64,000 bases of DNA from positions 1-64,000 of IMG/VR virus record IMGVR_UViG_3300017917_001336; one strand, given 5' to 3'. Origin of the DNA: a virus. Position numbers and translations under genes: made by a program. The number at the start of each line of letters is the position of its first letter. Positions within the stretch are counted from its first letter, which is position 1. The notes under the pieces were generated by a model that saw nothing but the letters and a program-made list of their open reading frames with translations, was not told the DNA's origin and made no database searches. Below, piece after piece: positions 49,171-59,695 of the stretch.

Positions 49171-50579
49171 GTACCTGCCTTATACTCACCTTCAAACGAT
49201 TTGGCCCACATTACGTTATTCCATACGTATTGTATTCCTGTGTATATATTCGTTTGATAAATGATCTGATCAGGTTCTTGAGCATTGAACACAATTTGCC
49301 AATCAGTACCATCGTATTCAATTATGTCGTTAGCATAGGCAACAAAATCACCCCACGCATCGGTGTCTTTAGTTATGTCATCAACTATTAAGAATCGATC
49401 TCCGGCAGTTTCTCCAGTCATACCGTTACCAGGATACACCTTAGTTGGATCTATGATAGCATCAAAAGTTCCTAAACTTCTACCACCGTTAGCATTTCTG
49501 TCACCTGGACTTGGCAAATCGTCGTCCCAGTGACCAGTATCTGTGTCCCAATTAACTGTTAAGACAGTAGGGTCTAATGGACTAATTGCAACAGTACCTA
49601 TAATTTCAGTACCGTTAGGTTGTGTTAAATGTAATGTGCTAGATCCGGCAGTAAATTTACCAGGGTACTTATCTATAACTTCTTGCCAGTTTAACGGAGT
49701 ACCGTATCTTGTAGGTATATCTAAAGTTGGTTCTCTTGGAGATAACACAGCATCAAGAGGTAAAAGTGTAACTTGACTATTGTACACTTCAATATTATAA
49801 TCAGTAATACTTACTACTTCTCTAGCTAGTAGAGTAGACATACTAATATCTGGTGTAACTAATGGTTGTCCTAAACCGTCAATATAGGTGCTGTCTGATT
49901 GCGAGCCTTGATATAGACTAGCAATAACTTTAGTAATAACGCCAAGGTGTTTAACTTTAACAGGAGGACTTATCCATATAGGCGTTTCTAAAGTTAACGT
50001 AGCAATATCAATAGGACTTTCAGTGCCCATAGGAACACTTCTGCTAGTCCATATGATGTTACTTAAATTTAAAACACTAAGACTAGTCCAGTCAATGTAG
50101 TTGTCTGTTGTTTGTAGTTCAAGACTAGGGTTAAACAATACTAAAATTTGTTCAAGTATTTGTAGTTTCTGTTCTGTGTTTGCCGACCATATATCACATT
50201 TTAAAGTTAACTTAAACGGAGTTGGCATCAAACGTTCTACAGTATAATTGCGTCCCTGGCCTGTAGTATAAACAGGATCGTTAGGATCAGCATCATTAAT
50301 TTCTCTTTCTCTGATATGAACCTTACCAACAAAGGTTGAATCACCAAGTCTGCTGTGATCAATATCTAATGCAGCAATATAAACAGCAATGCGAGGTACA
50401 GAATTAACTTTGTTTTCACTGTTACCTCGGATTATAGATGCTGCTTGTCTGTCCTGATCACCGTACATAACAGGTATACGCACAAGGGTGCCATCACCGT
50501 ACTTGACAGTAAAATTACTTAAAACTCTAATTGTTTGGGCAAGATATCTTCTAATCTGCCCGTCATAAAACCATTGCAT
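49152..50579 (-). CDS. Tail completion/terminator protein (T4 gp15-like) with C-terminal extension
   Basis: MQWFYDGQIRRY...RIPVMYG...PTPFKL...QKLQILEQILVLFNPSL; position next to the neck genes. Confidence 0.8.
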   Translation of the reverse strand: MQWFYDGQIRRYLAQTIRVLSNFTVKYGDGTLVRIPVMYGDQDRQAASIIRGNSENKVNSVPRIAVYIAALDIDHSRLGDSTFVGKVHIREREINDADPNDPVYTTGQGRNYTVERLMPTPFKLTLKCDIWSANTEQKLQILEQILVLFNPSLELQTTDNYIDWTSLSVLNLSNIIWTSRSVPMGTESPIDIATLTLETPIWISPPVKVKHLGVITKVIASLYQGSQSDSTYIDGLGQPLVTPDISMSTLLAREVVSITDYNIEVYNSQVTLLPLDAVLSPREPTLDIPTRYGTPLNWQEVIDKYPGKFTAGSSTLHLTQPNGTEIIGTVAISPLDPTVLTVNWDTDTGHWDDDLPSPGDRNANGGRSLGTFDAIIDPTKVYPGNGMTGETAGDRFLIVDDITKDTDAWGDFVAYANDIIEYDGTDWQIVFNAQEPDQIIYQTNIYTGIQYVWNNVMWAKSFEGEYKAGTWRLEL

Positions 50580-52066
50580 TATATATCCGCCTTTAATCTT
50601 GCTTTAGGTCTAAGAACATTAGACAAGCTCTGACGTTGTTCTTCTTTGTTGTTACACAAGCTCAATTTCCATAATCCGTCTTCTGGTAATTTTTCTTGAA
50701 CAGAATTAACTATTGGTAATGTGATTAAAACTTTACCACTAACATTTGTTATGATTCCTGGATGATCAGCTGTTGCATAAACAATTTCTAAGTTATCTAA
50801 TTTAAACACAACATAGGTAGATGTTACATAGTTAATATTTGTTGGAATAACGTAGTTGTAGTTTGCAGGCACAGGAACAGTATCTGGCGGCAATTTAATA
50901 AAATCAACACCAACTGCTTGATTGTATATTGCCGCACTATTGTTAATAAAGCTAGTTTTAAGAGTTTGTCTAGTTTCACTATTTGGTGCAGGTTTCCCGT
51001 CAGTTGGAGTATTTGTCATAGTCATACGGACTGCATCCTCAACTTTTACCCATCTAGTGCTACTAAATCTAAATAATCTGTTAGGTAAGAAATCAGTACG
51101 TAAGAAATAATCGCCATCAACAGCGTTATTTGGAAATTGTATTCCATGGCCAAATTCGGCGTACCCGTTATCTGGAATACCGTCACCAACTAAGTATCCA
51201 GTATAACTTGTTCTTAAAGGACGTTTGTTACTTTCTAAAGCAGTAATTGAAGTAATACTAGCATCTAAATCATTAACATTGTCTGCTGTATTTAGAATAG
51301 TCTTACCTTTTTCGTCAACTGCTAATGTATAAAATTGTTCTGTTTGGTATCCGCTTAACGGAGCATCTTTTTCAGCTTCACCAATTGTAGCATCGTTAAT
51401 TAATAATTCTGTATTGTGAGTGCTTAACAAGTCGCGTAATGTTGTACCATCCTCAATAGGATCACCATTAGCATCTAATACAGCTTTACCAAGAATGTCA
51501 GCAAACTGCTGGTTATCAGTAATCTTTTTAAGTTTTAATCTATATAAGTGCGGATACCATGTAGCACTAAATCCTTCACTAGCACGGCCTACATCTTCAA
51601 TAACATAGTATCGAGGTAATCCTATTTCAATAACTTTTCCTGTAATCGGGCTAATGCTGTCAATTGCAAAGTTATCACGCAAGTGTGGTAATTCTAGTAC
51701 ATCACCGATTATAGGTTTACGTCCTATAAATTTAATAAAATCGTTAATATGCACAGTCATAAAAACTGTGTCATTGTCGATAAACAATCCAAACTGACTT
51801 AGGTTAAAGTCAATGTTTTGTACGTTGTAAATTCCGCGGATTCTGTAGATTTCTTCATCATACTTTCTGTCGCGATTTTCTAAAAACATCAAATCTTGTA
51901 TTTGTGTAAAATCTTTAAAATCTTCAGGGTTTCCAGTAGCATTAGTTCCTATGTACTTGTGCAAATACACGTCTGTACCGCCAACCTGAAACATCTCAGA
52001 TATCTGGCGATCTATGAAGGAATAATCCTGGCTTTTTTCTGGGCGGTATAATGATAATCGTGGCAT
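50579..52066 (-). CDS. Neck protein (T4 gp14-like) with C-terminal extension
   Basis: Likely start MPRLSLYRPEK at 52066; GGTDVYLHKY, DLMFLENRDRKY, LSQFGLF, GDVLELPH. Confidence 0.75.
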   Translation of the reverse strand: MPRLSLYRPEKSQDYSFIDRQISEMFQVGGTDVYLHKYIGTNATGNPEDFKDFTQIQDLMFLENRDRKYDEEIYRIRGIYNVQNIDFNLSQFGLFIDNDTVFMTVHINDFIKFIGRKPIIGDVLELPHLRDNFAIDSISPITGKVIEIGLPRYYVIEDVGRASEGFSATWYPHLYRLKLKKITDNQQFADILGKAVLDANGDPIEDGTTLRDLLSTHNTELLINDATIGEAEKDAPLSGYQTEQFYTLAVDEKGKTILNTADNVNDLDASITSITALESNKRPLRTSYTGYLVGDGIPDNGYAEFGHGIQFPNNAVDGDYFLRTDFLPNRLFRFSSTRWVKVEDAVRMTMTNTPTDGKPAPNSETRQTLKTSFINNSAAIYNQAVGVDFIKLPPDTVPVPANYNYVIPTNINYVTSTYVVFKLDNLEIVYATADHPGIITNVSGKVLITLPIVNSVQEKLPEDGLWKLSLCNNKEEQRQSLSNVLRPKARLKADI

Positions 52067-52070
52067 AATG

Positions 52071-52092
52071 ATATTTATCGTAAGATAAATAT
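52071..52092. promoter_or_regulatory. Palindromic back-to-back late promoters
   Basis: ATATTTATC-GTAA-GATAAATAT gives ATAAATA on both strands between the divergent neck genes. Confidence 0.7.
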
Positions 52093-52108
52093 GAGTGGAG
52101 AACAAAAA

Positions 52109-52900
52109 ATGGCAGATAACTACCCGCAGGATCCAGGGCAATCAGATAGTTTAAGAGAAAGAAACGCAGTTTTTGACTACGTTAAGACTATGCTGGGCGA
52201 CGGCATGGTTGAAGTAGAGCTAGATCCCGTACATTACGAAACTGCTCTAGATCGTGCTTTAAACAGATTTAGACAAAGAAGTAGTAACTCTGTTGAAGAA
52301 AGTTACATGTTCTTAGAATTAATTCAAGACGTTAACGAATATCGTTTACCTAATGAAGTTGTAACAGTACAATCGTTATTTCGTAGAAGCATTGGTAGCA
52401 GAAGTGGTTTAGGTGCAGGCGGAACATTGTTCGAGCCATTCAACTTGGCGTACACAAACACTTACTTACTAAGCGGAACTATGATGGGTGGTTTAGCAAC
52501 ATACGAGCTATTTGCTGGCTATCAAAAATTAGTAGGCCGTATGTTTGGTAGTTTCATGGAGTTTAAGTGGAACCCAACAAACCATATTTTAACAATTTTA
52601 CAAAGACCATTTGCTCAAGGCGAACAAATTTTAATTCGTTGCCACAATCATCGTCCTGACTTTGTTTTATTACAAGACATTTATGCAAAGCAATGGTTAA
52701 GAGATTATACACTAGCAACTGCTAAAGTTATGTTAGGTGAAGCTCGTAGTAAGTTTGGTAGTATTGCAGGCCCAGGCTCACCTATTACATTAAATGGTAC
52801 AGCATTACTTACTGCTGGTAAAGAAGAACTTAAAGAATTAGATAAAGAATTAGAAACGTTAGTTAGTGGCGGAACACCAATGACGTTTATTATAGGATAA
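52109..52900 (+). CDS. Neck protein (T4 gp13-like head-tail adaptor)
   Basis: LGDGMVEVELDPVHY...WLRDYTLATAKVMLGEARSKF...ITLNG...FIIG; SD GGAG favours the ATG at 52109. Confidence 0.85.
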   Translation: MADNYPQDPGQSDSLRERNAVFDYVKTMLGDGMVEVELDPVHYETALDRALNRFRQRSSNSVEESYMFLELIQDVNEYRLPNEVVTVQSLFRRSIGSRSGLGAGGTLFEPFNLAYTNTYLLSGTMMGGLATYELFAGYQKLVGRMFGSFMEFKWNPTNHILTILQRPFAQGEQILIRCHNHRPDFVLLQDIYAKQWLRDYTLATAKVMLGEARSKFGSIAGPGSPITLNGTALLTAGKEELKELDKELETLVSGGTPMTFIIG

Positions 52901-52904
52901 TTAA

Positions 52905-53588
52905 ATGCCAATTAAGGTCACGCAATTACCATCGTTAGCTGTAGTAGACGGAACAGTTGTTGTACCGGTAGTTGACGTCTCTGGTACTCCTATAAGTAAA
53001 AAAACAACAGTATCAGCATTTACAAATTACATACTTTCTGGTAATGCGGCTACTGCTACAAAATTTCAAACTGCACGTAATATTAACGGGGTTGCGTTTG
53101 ACGGAACTGCTGATATTACTATTACTACATCAGTTCCAGATGCTAGCACAACTACTAAAGGTTTAGTCTTAATTCCAGCAGTTGGTACTAGTGGTATTAC
53201 AAACTCTAGTGGAACAATTGGATTAGCAACTTCATCTTCAACACAATTAGGCGGAGTAATTATACCGGTAGTAGGTACTAGTGGTATTACAAACTCTAGT
53301 GGAACAATTGGGCTAGCAGTTGCTACTGATAGTCAAATTGGTGGCGTTAAAATTGGCCCAGGTATTAACGTCTCTATGGACGGAACTATTACAGGTCCAG
53401 TTAGAAAATTTCACGGATTCAGTGTTGATTCAGAAGGTAATTTAATATACTCTACAACACAGGATACTACTATTTCCCTGCAAGATCAATACGGCGAGGA
53501 CCTATATGAGGACACAGATATAGGAACAAATGAATATTCATATTCACTAGACAATGATGGTAACTTAATAGTTACTTACAATATTTAA
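52905..53588 (+). CDS. Short fibre/adaptor protein with an internal 30-aa repeat
   Basis: IKVTQLP N-terminus; ARNINGVAFDGTADITI fibre motif; repeat VGTSGITNSSGTIGLA. Confidence 0.7.
   Translation: MPIKVTQLPSLAVVDGTVVVPVVDVSGTPISKKTTVSAFTNYILSGNAATATKFQTARNINGVAFDGTADITITTSVPDASTTTKGLVLIPAVGTSGITNSSGTIGLATSSSTQLGGVIIPVVGTSGITNSSGTIGLAVATDSQIGGVKIGPGINVSMDGTITGPVRKFHGFSVDSEGNLIYSTTQDTTISLQDQYGEDLYEDTDIGTNEYSYSLDNDGNLIVTYNI
53184..53311 (+). repeat. Intragenic direct repeat, 38 nt identical, 90-nt period
   Basis: GGTACTAGTGGTATTACAAACTCTAGTGGAACAATTGG at 53184-53221 and 53274-53311. Confidence 0.9.
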
Positions 53589-53600
53589 ACGGAATAAAAA

Positions 53601-56600
53601 ATGGCAATCACATCGATTAACTTAGGTAAAATTAAATTTAACTGGAAAGGTGCTTGGGCACTTGGTGTACCCTACGTCAAAGACGATGTGGTTCGCTATA
53701 GCGGTTCAAGTTATGTCTGTGTTACAGGACACACAAGTGCAACTAGTTGGGCTACAAATTCAAGCAAGTTTGAGTTAATGGCTGAAGGCACAACACCCAC
53801 TACTACACAAGGTGATTTAATTGTTCGCGGAGCAACGCAAGACGAAAGATTAGGCGTAGGAGATCCTGGCCAAGTGTTAACAATCGTTAGTGGTGTGCCA
53901 GCATGGGCTGACAACGGTGTTAATGATAAAATTTATTATGTTAGTCCAAGCGGTGATGATGCTAACAGCGGTTTAAGTTGGGGTACGGCATTTGCTACTA
54001 TTAAACATGCATGTGCTCAAGCAGTTGGACCTGCAACTGTTTACGTTGCATCAGGACAATATGCAGAACAATTACCTATTATTGTTCCTAGTTTTGTTGC
54101 TGTTGTTGGAGATAACCAACGTACAACAATCGTTGGACCAGCACCCGGCTATGAACAACAAACTATGTGGAAGTTAGGTGATGGTGCATTACTTAATAAA
54201 ATGTGTTTTATTGGTTTAACTGGATTTGTCCCGTATGCACCAGACGATACAAATATTGAATTAGCAACAATTGGTGGTGTGTATATCGCATTTGACCCAT
54301 TAGTTCCTATTGCTACAAAATCTCCATACGTTATTGAATGTAGTGCTAAATCTAGCGGCGGTGTTGGAGCATTAGTTGACGGTAGTGTACACCTTACAGG
54401 TATTAAATCTATGGTATTCCATGGATATACTGTTATCATGGACAATGGTGTTGGTTTCTGGGTTAAAGATAACGGCAAGTCAGAAATTGTATCATGCTTT
54501 ACATATTACTGTCACATGGGATATGTTACTACAGGCGGCGGTAAAATACGTGCCTTAAACGGTAACAACTCTTATGGTACTTACGGTTCTTTATCAAAAG
54601 GCTATAATTTAGGAGAAGCCACAGTTAACGGAACTATTTATGGTAACATGTTAACATGGCAAAACGGTACGCTTGCTGGAGGTAGTTTTAGTGACGGAGA
54701 AACTATTACCGGCGGCACCAGCGGAGCAACGGGTGTTGTACAAAATGTACAACCAGGTACAAGTAGAATTTATTACAAATCTTCCAATGCATTTACATTC
54801 CAAGCCGGTGAAACTATTAGCAATGGCTCTGGAGTAAGTGCTACTATTGCTACAGGTGGTGTAACTGGGCAAACTGGTGTTATATTAGTTGTTACTGGTT
54901 TAAGTTCTGAACCTAAACCAGGCGGAAGTATTGAAATAACCGGTGACACATATACGTATGTTATACAAAGTTCTAGCGGTTGGTCAAATTCTGGAAGTAA
55001 AGTTGTCATTGTACTAGCAGGCGAGAAATCTGCAATATCGACTGACGGAACTTCAATGAAGATTCGTTATGATTATTCTCAAGTTCGACTAACTGGACAT
55101 GATTTTTTAAATATTGGAACTGGCGGAGTTGTTACAACAAATTACCCAGGTGTTCCAGTGCAAGCCCCAACACAAGGTAACGAAGTTATTGAACAATTTC
55201 CAGGGCGTGTGTTTTATGTTTCTACAGACCAAGACGGTAACTTCCGTGTTGGTGAATATTTTAAAGTTGACCAAGCTACTGGTCGTGCAACACTTAACGC
55301 TAGTGCGTTTGACTTGTCAGGTTTAACCAGCTTAAGATTAGGTTCTATTGGTGCTCAGCTCGGTGAACAAATTAACGAATTTTCAAGCGATACTACATTA
55401 AGCGGTAATAGTAATTTAGCTGTACCAACTGAAAAAGCAATCCGTACATACTTTGGACAAATAGCAACTAATGTTGCACCTTCAATTAGCAACAGTCTAA
55501 CACTTGGTACATCTAGTTACTTGTGGGATAAAGTTTATGCTAATAAATTAATTGGGCCATCAACACTAACACTTGATCCTGCCGCCGAAGGCGACAATAC
55601 TGGTACTGTTGTTATTAAGGGTAATTTACAAGTTGACGGAACAACTACAACAATAAATTCAACAACATTAATTGTTGATGACAAAAATATTGTTTTAGCA
55701 GACGGTGCTACTCTTGATAGTCAAGCAGATGGTGCAGGTATTAGTGTATCAGGAGCAACAACAAAAACATTTAATTGGGTCGATGCTACCGACGCATGGA
55801 CTTCAAGCGAGCATTTAGATCTTGCTAGTGGAAAAAGTTATTACATTAACGGAACAGCCGTAGTAAATGCAACAAGTTTAGGAAGTGGGGTTGTAAGTTC
55901 AAGTTTAACTAGTGTTGGAACTTTAAGTAGTTTAACAGTTAGTGGAACAATTAATGCTAACGGTACAACAGGTATTGTAACATCACAAACAGGAACAGTA
56001 CCTCTATTCAATACAAATGCTACAGGACTAAACATTGGTGGTGCAGCCACTGCTATCTCTATTGGTGCAGGAACTGGTACAACAACAATTAATAATCCTA
56101 CAGTAACATTAGGTGCTGCTACTACTGTTAACGTAAACGGAGCAAGCCCAACGATTGCTACATCAAGCACCGGTACTGTAACATTATTCAATACAAACGC
56201 AACTACAGTAAATGCATTCGGTGCTGCATCAACTATTGCAATTGGTGCAACTGGCGGCACACTTACAGTTAATAATACAACTGTAACATTTGGATCTGCA
56301 ACTACATTTAATATTAACGGTGCAAGCCCAACCGTTGCTACATCAAGTACAGGTACTGCAAGTGTATTCAATACAAATGCACTAACTGGAAATCTATTTG
56401 GGGCAGCAACTACAATTAATGCAGGTGCTCAAAATTCAAGCAGTACTTTTAACATTTACAATAAACTTTCTATTAGAGGTTCAACAAGCGGGTCAGTAAC
56501 ATTCCAAGCACCTGCAACTGCAGGATCAGTGACTTACACATTGCCAAGTGCTGATGCAGCAGTATCGGGATATGCACTAGTATCAAATGGTGCCGGTACA

Positions 56601-57296
56601 TTGAGTTGGGCTGCAGCTGGAGCAACTATTGCAGATGACACTAGCACAACTGCACTATATCCAGTATTCAGTACTGCAACAAGCGGTTCACTAACATCAG
56701 CTAAAGTATCAAGCACTAAGTTTTCATTTAATGCAAGTACTGGTAAAGGAACTATTACAGCACTTATTGTTGGTGATAACACTACATCATCTGGAGCACT
56801 AGTTGTAGGTAGTGCAAACTCATATGCTGGTGGTTTAGTGTTAGGTAAACCTAGTACATACAGTGGATATATCTCAGCAACTGATAACTTATATGTTCGT
56901 CCGTATGCATCGGGCGGCGCAGGCAGCGGTAACATGGTTGTTGAAAATGCGTCTGGTACTGCACAATTTACAATGAATTGCAGTACTGGTGCATTTACTG
57001 CCGCTGGAACACTTACATCAAACTCAGATGCAAGATTAAAAACTAACGTTGAAACTATTACAAGTGCTCTTAATAAAGTATTATCACTTCGCGGAGTAAT
57101 GTATGATCGTATTTCATCAGGTAAACGAGAAGTTGGTATGATTGCTCAAGAAGTTGAAGAAATTATTCCAGAACTAGTAGTAACTGACGAAAACGGAATT
57201 AAATCACTTGCGTATGCTAATACTGTTGCAATGTTAGTTGAAGCAATTAAAGAACAACAAACTCAAATCGATGAATTAAAGAAGAAATTAGCATAA
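53601..57296 (+). CDS. Fibre protein with beta-helix and C-terminal peptidase S74 chaperone
   Basis: N-terminal half homologous to 14825/24167; C-terminal part homologous to 34628; canonical NSDARLKTNV...GMIAQEVEEIIPELV. Confidence 0.82.
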   Translation: MAITSINLGKIKFNWKGAWALGVPYVKDDVVRYSGSSYVCVTGHTSATSWATNSSKFELMAEGTTPTTTQGDLIVRGATQDERLGVGDPGQVLTIVSGVPAWADNGVNDKIYYVSPSGDDANSGLSWGTAFATIKHACAQAVGPATVYVASGQYAEQLPIIVPSFVAVVGDNQRTTIVGPAPGYEQQTMWKLGDGALLNKMCFIGLTGFVPYAPDDTNIELATIGGVYIAFDPLVPIATKSPYVIECSAKSSGGVGALVDGSVHLTGIKSMVFHGYTVIMDNGVGFWVKDNGKSEIVSCFTYYCHMGYVTTGGGKIRALNGNNSYGTYGSLSKGYNLGEATVNGTIYGNMLTWQNGTLAGGSFSDGETITGGTSGATGVVQNVQPGTSRIYYKSSNAFTFQAGETISNGSGVSATIATGGVTGQTGVILVVTGLSSEPKPGGSIEITGDTYTYVIQSSSGWSNSGSKVVIVLAGEKSAISTDGTSMKIRYDYSQVRLTGHDFLNIGTGGVVTTNYPGVPVQAPTQGNEVIEQFPGRVFYVSTDQDGNFRVGEYFKVDQATGRATLNASAFDLSGLTSLRLGSIGAQLGEQINEFSSDTTLSGNSNLAVPTEKAIRTYFGQIATNVAPSISNSLTLGTSSYLWDKVYANKLIGPSTLTLDPAAEGDNTGTVVIKGNLQVDGTTTTINSTTLIVDDKNIVLADGATLDSQADGAGISVSGATTKTFNWVDATDAWTSSEHLDLASGKSYYINGTAVVNATSLGSGVVSSSLTSVGTLSSLTVSGTINANGTTGIVTSQTGTVPLFNTNATGLNIGGAATAISIGAGTGTTTINNPTVTLGAATTVNVNGASPTIATSSTGTVTLFNTNATTVNAFGAASTIAIGATGGTLTVNNTTVTFGSATTFNINGASPTVATSSTGTASVFNTNALTGNLFGAATTINAGAQNSSSTFNIYNKLSIRGSTSGSVTFQAPATAGSVTYTLPSADAAVSGYALVSNGAGTLSWAAAGATIADDTSTTALYPVFSTATSGSLTSAKVSSTKFSFNASTGKGTITALIVGDNTTSSGALVVGSANSYAGGLVLGKPSTYSGYISATDNLYVRPYASGGAGSGNMVVENASGTAQFTMNCSTGAFTAAGTLTSNSDARLKTNVETITSALNKVLSLRGVMYDRISSGKREVGMIAQEVEEIIPELVVTDENGIKSLAYANTVAMLVEAIKEQQTQIDELKKKLA

Positions 57297-58588
57297 TGGC
57301 AATTACACTAAACAATGATACGTTAACTGCAACTGCTCCCAGTGATACTACTATAGGGCTGACTGCAGGAAACCCTGCAGAAAGTGCAACACAAATACTT
57401 GCAGTTGCGCCAGCATCGGCTAACGGTCTTTATTGGATACAACCTAGAGGATCAGGTGTTTCTGCACAACAAATTTATTGTGATATGACTGGCGGAGGTT
57501 GGATGTTAGTAGCATCAAATAACGCTAGCGATACAACAATACCTGGCGGCACTAGTAGGAATAGTGCTAGCTATCAACTTGATAGAACTGGAGCTTTAGG
57601 AACAGCATCACCTAATAGCGATTATATTATAGGGTCAATGATTAATAATCTTGCATACGATCAAGTTAAGGTAGTTGCATTTGGAAGAGGATCATTAAAC
57701 GGATCAACTACTTGGTCAAGTCTTGGGACTTACATTACTGCAACTTGGTCATTAAATTCTAAGGGTTCTGATCGATTAACAGAAATTGTTCCTAGAGCAA
57801 ATGTCACAATTGGCGGGAATTCATCGTTAAGTTCAAGTGCGGCCTATTTTATTTTAGACGGAGTCAAGATTGACTTTGTTGCAAACGGTTCGTATGATGC
57901 AAACTCTAATCAAAGTACAATCGGCGGTGTTGGTGTTACTGCAAGCAATGGCGACCCAGTTGGCGGAACTTATTTAGGTCACGGGTCAACCGAAGGTAGT
58001 TACGAAGGCTGGTATGATTCTGGCAACTCTGTTACAGATTGCCAAGGATATACCACTTGGGTTAAAGACAGCACAGATTATTCTAATTCAATTATTATTC
58101 CAGGGGCATATACTGTATCTGGAGGTGCTATTACAGCACCAGGTAGAATTGTAAACATTACACGCTGGCAAAATTCTACAAGAACAGCTATTAGTGCTGC
58201 AACAAGTTATACAATATGGAGTCCAGGTAACGTAAACAAATTAATTGCTAATAGCAAATTAATAATTATGGGGCAAATGCCATTTAAACAGGCAGTTGAT
58301 GGAGAAGTTGGCGCTTGGTGGCAAATAGGATCAAGTGGTATACGTAGAGATGGAATTGTTCATACTGGTAGTGCATACGGTACTAACGATGTTGGTATGA
58401 AATATGCTTGGCATATTAAATGTTCTTATACAACTAGTGCAACTGGTAACTTAGCTGTAAGTATTGGATGGACTACAGCGAACAGTAGTTCTAAATCTCC
58501 AGGTAATATATGGAATCCAAATGCATCAGATGACGGTAGAAGCCAACAACATACAAGTGATTTAATGATAATTGAAGTAGCAACCTAA
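57296..58588 (+). CDS. Putative fibre-tip protein with a fibrinogen-C-like domain
   Basis: NGLYWIQP...IYCDMTGGGWMLVA; C-terminal domain shared with 58598 and 59161; TAATG overlap with the fibre gene. Confidence 0.7.
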   Translation: MAITLNNDTLTATAPSDTTIGLTAGNPAESATQILAVAPASANGLYWIQPRGSGVSAQQIYCDMTGGGWMLVASNNASDTTIPGGTSRNSASYQLDRTGALGTASPNSDYIIGSMINNLAYDQVKVVAFGRGSLNGSTTWSSLGTYITATWSLNSKGSDRLTEIVPRANVTIGGNSSLSSSAAYFILDGVKIDFVANGSYDANSNQSTIGGVGVTASNGDPVGGTYLGHGSTEGSYEGWYDSGNSVTDCQGYTTWVKDSTDYSNSIIIPGAYTVSGGAITAPGRIVNITRWQNSTRTAISAATSYTIWSPGNVNKLIANSKLIIMGQMPFKQAVDGEVGAWWQIGSSGIRRDGIVHTGSAYGTNDVGMKYAWHIKCSYTTSATGNLAVSIGWTTANSSSKSPGNIWNPNASDDGRSQQHTSDLMIIEVAT

Positions 58589-59695
58589 GGACTCATAATG
58601 GCATTAATTTTAAACGGAAGTAATAATTCAATATATCCTGATTCTGGAACAACAATAAGTATTGGGTCTGGAACAAATATAATTTCATCAGCATATGATG
58701 CTATTCCGTATGATCGAGGAGAAGTCATTGATGTTACTCATGTGCAATACAGTACTCGATTAGCATTATCAAACTCTACCTCTGTTACAATATGGACAGG
58801 ATCAATGACAAAACGAATTGCTAATTCAACTTTACACATTGTCGGTCAGTTACCCCATAGTTACGGTAACAGTTATAACATGGGTTATTGGTGGCAAATA
58901 GGTTCAAGCGGTTTACGTCGAGATGGGATATTCCAAAAACACTGGCACAGCGATTCCGGCCATAGTAACAGCGTAAAATTATTATGGTCTATTAATAGTT
59001 CATTTGCTACAACCGCTACTGGAAGTTTAAGTGTAAGTGTAGGTTGGGCCAGTTTAAATAACGGGGCAGATTCACCCGGCAATACAAATCCAAATTCATC
59101 AGACGATGCCGCAGGCGGCCAAACGTCATCGGATTTACTTATTTTTGAGGTAGTAAACTAATGGCTATAACAATTAACAATAATACTATTAGTAGTAACA
59201 ACGGAACTATAACTATCCCATCAGGTAAAAAATTATATTCTCCGGGCACTAATAAATTATACACTACTGGCAAAATAATAAATGTAACACAATTTACTAA
59301 CAGTAGTAGATCTGCTTTAAGTGCTTCAACAAGCACTACCTTATGGAGTGCAGGAAATGTTGTTAAAAAAACATCTAGTAGTAAATTAATTATCGTTGGT
59401 CAGTTATGTTTTGGAGACGGTGAATCATACAATATGGGATATTGGTGGCAAATAGGTTCAAGCGGTTTACGTCGAGATGGGATATTCCAAGATCATTATC
59501 CTTCAGACAGTTATTCTACAGCAACTATTAAATTAGGTTGGTACATTAACGGCGAATATTCTACTAGCGCCACGGGAAACTTAGCAGTGAGTCTTGGTTG
59601 GGCTGCTATAGACGGTAGTTCTAATACGCCAGGTTTAGTATGGAATCCAAATACAAGTGACGATGGTAGAAGCCAACAACATACAAGTGATTTAA
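58535..59695 (+). repeat. Identical DNA blocks shared among the three paralogs
   Basis: 51 nt at 58886-58936 equals 59440-59490; 31 nt at 58535-58565 equals 59665-59695. Confidence 0.85.
58598..59161 (+). CDS. Putative fibre-tip protein, paralog 2
   Basis: WWQIGSSGLRRDGI and SDLLIFEV motifs shared within the triplet. Confidence 0.7.
   Translation: MALILNGSNNSIYPDSGTTISIGSGTNIISSAYDAIPYDRGEVIDVTHVQYSTRLALSNSTSVTIWTGSMTKRIANSTLHIVGQLPHSYGNSYNMGYWWQIGSSGLRRDGIFQKHWHSDSGHSNSVKLLWSINSSFATTATGSLSVSVGWASLNNGADSPGNTNPNSSDDAAGGQTSSDLLIFEVVN

Noticed and set aside
50579-52141. ORF-track starts at 52141, 52091, 47010, 39981 and 60073
   Set aside because: The longer starts overlap neighbouring genes or promoter motifs; 52066, 52109, 47034, 39966 and 60100 fit SD, stop-start overlap or promoter spacing better.
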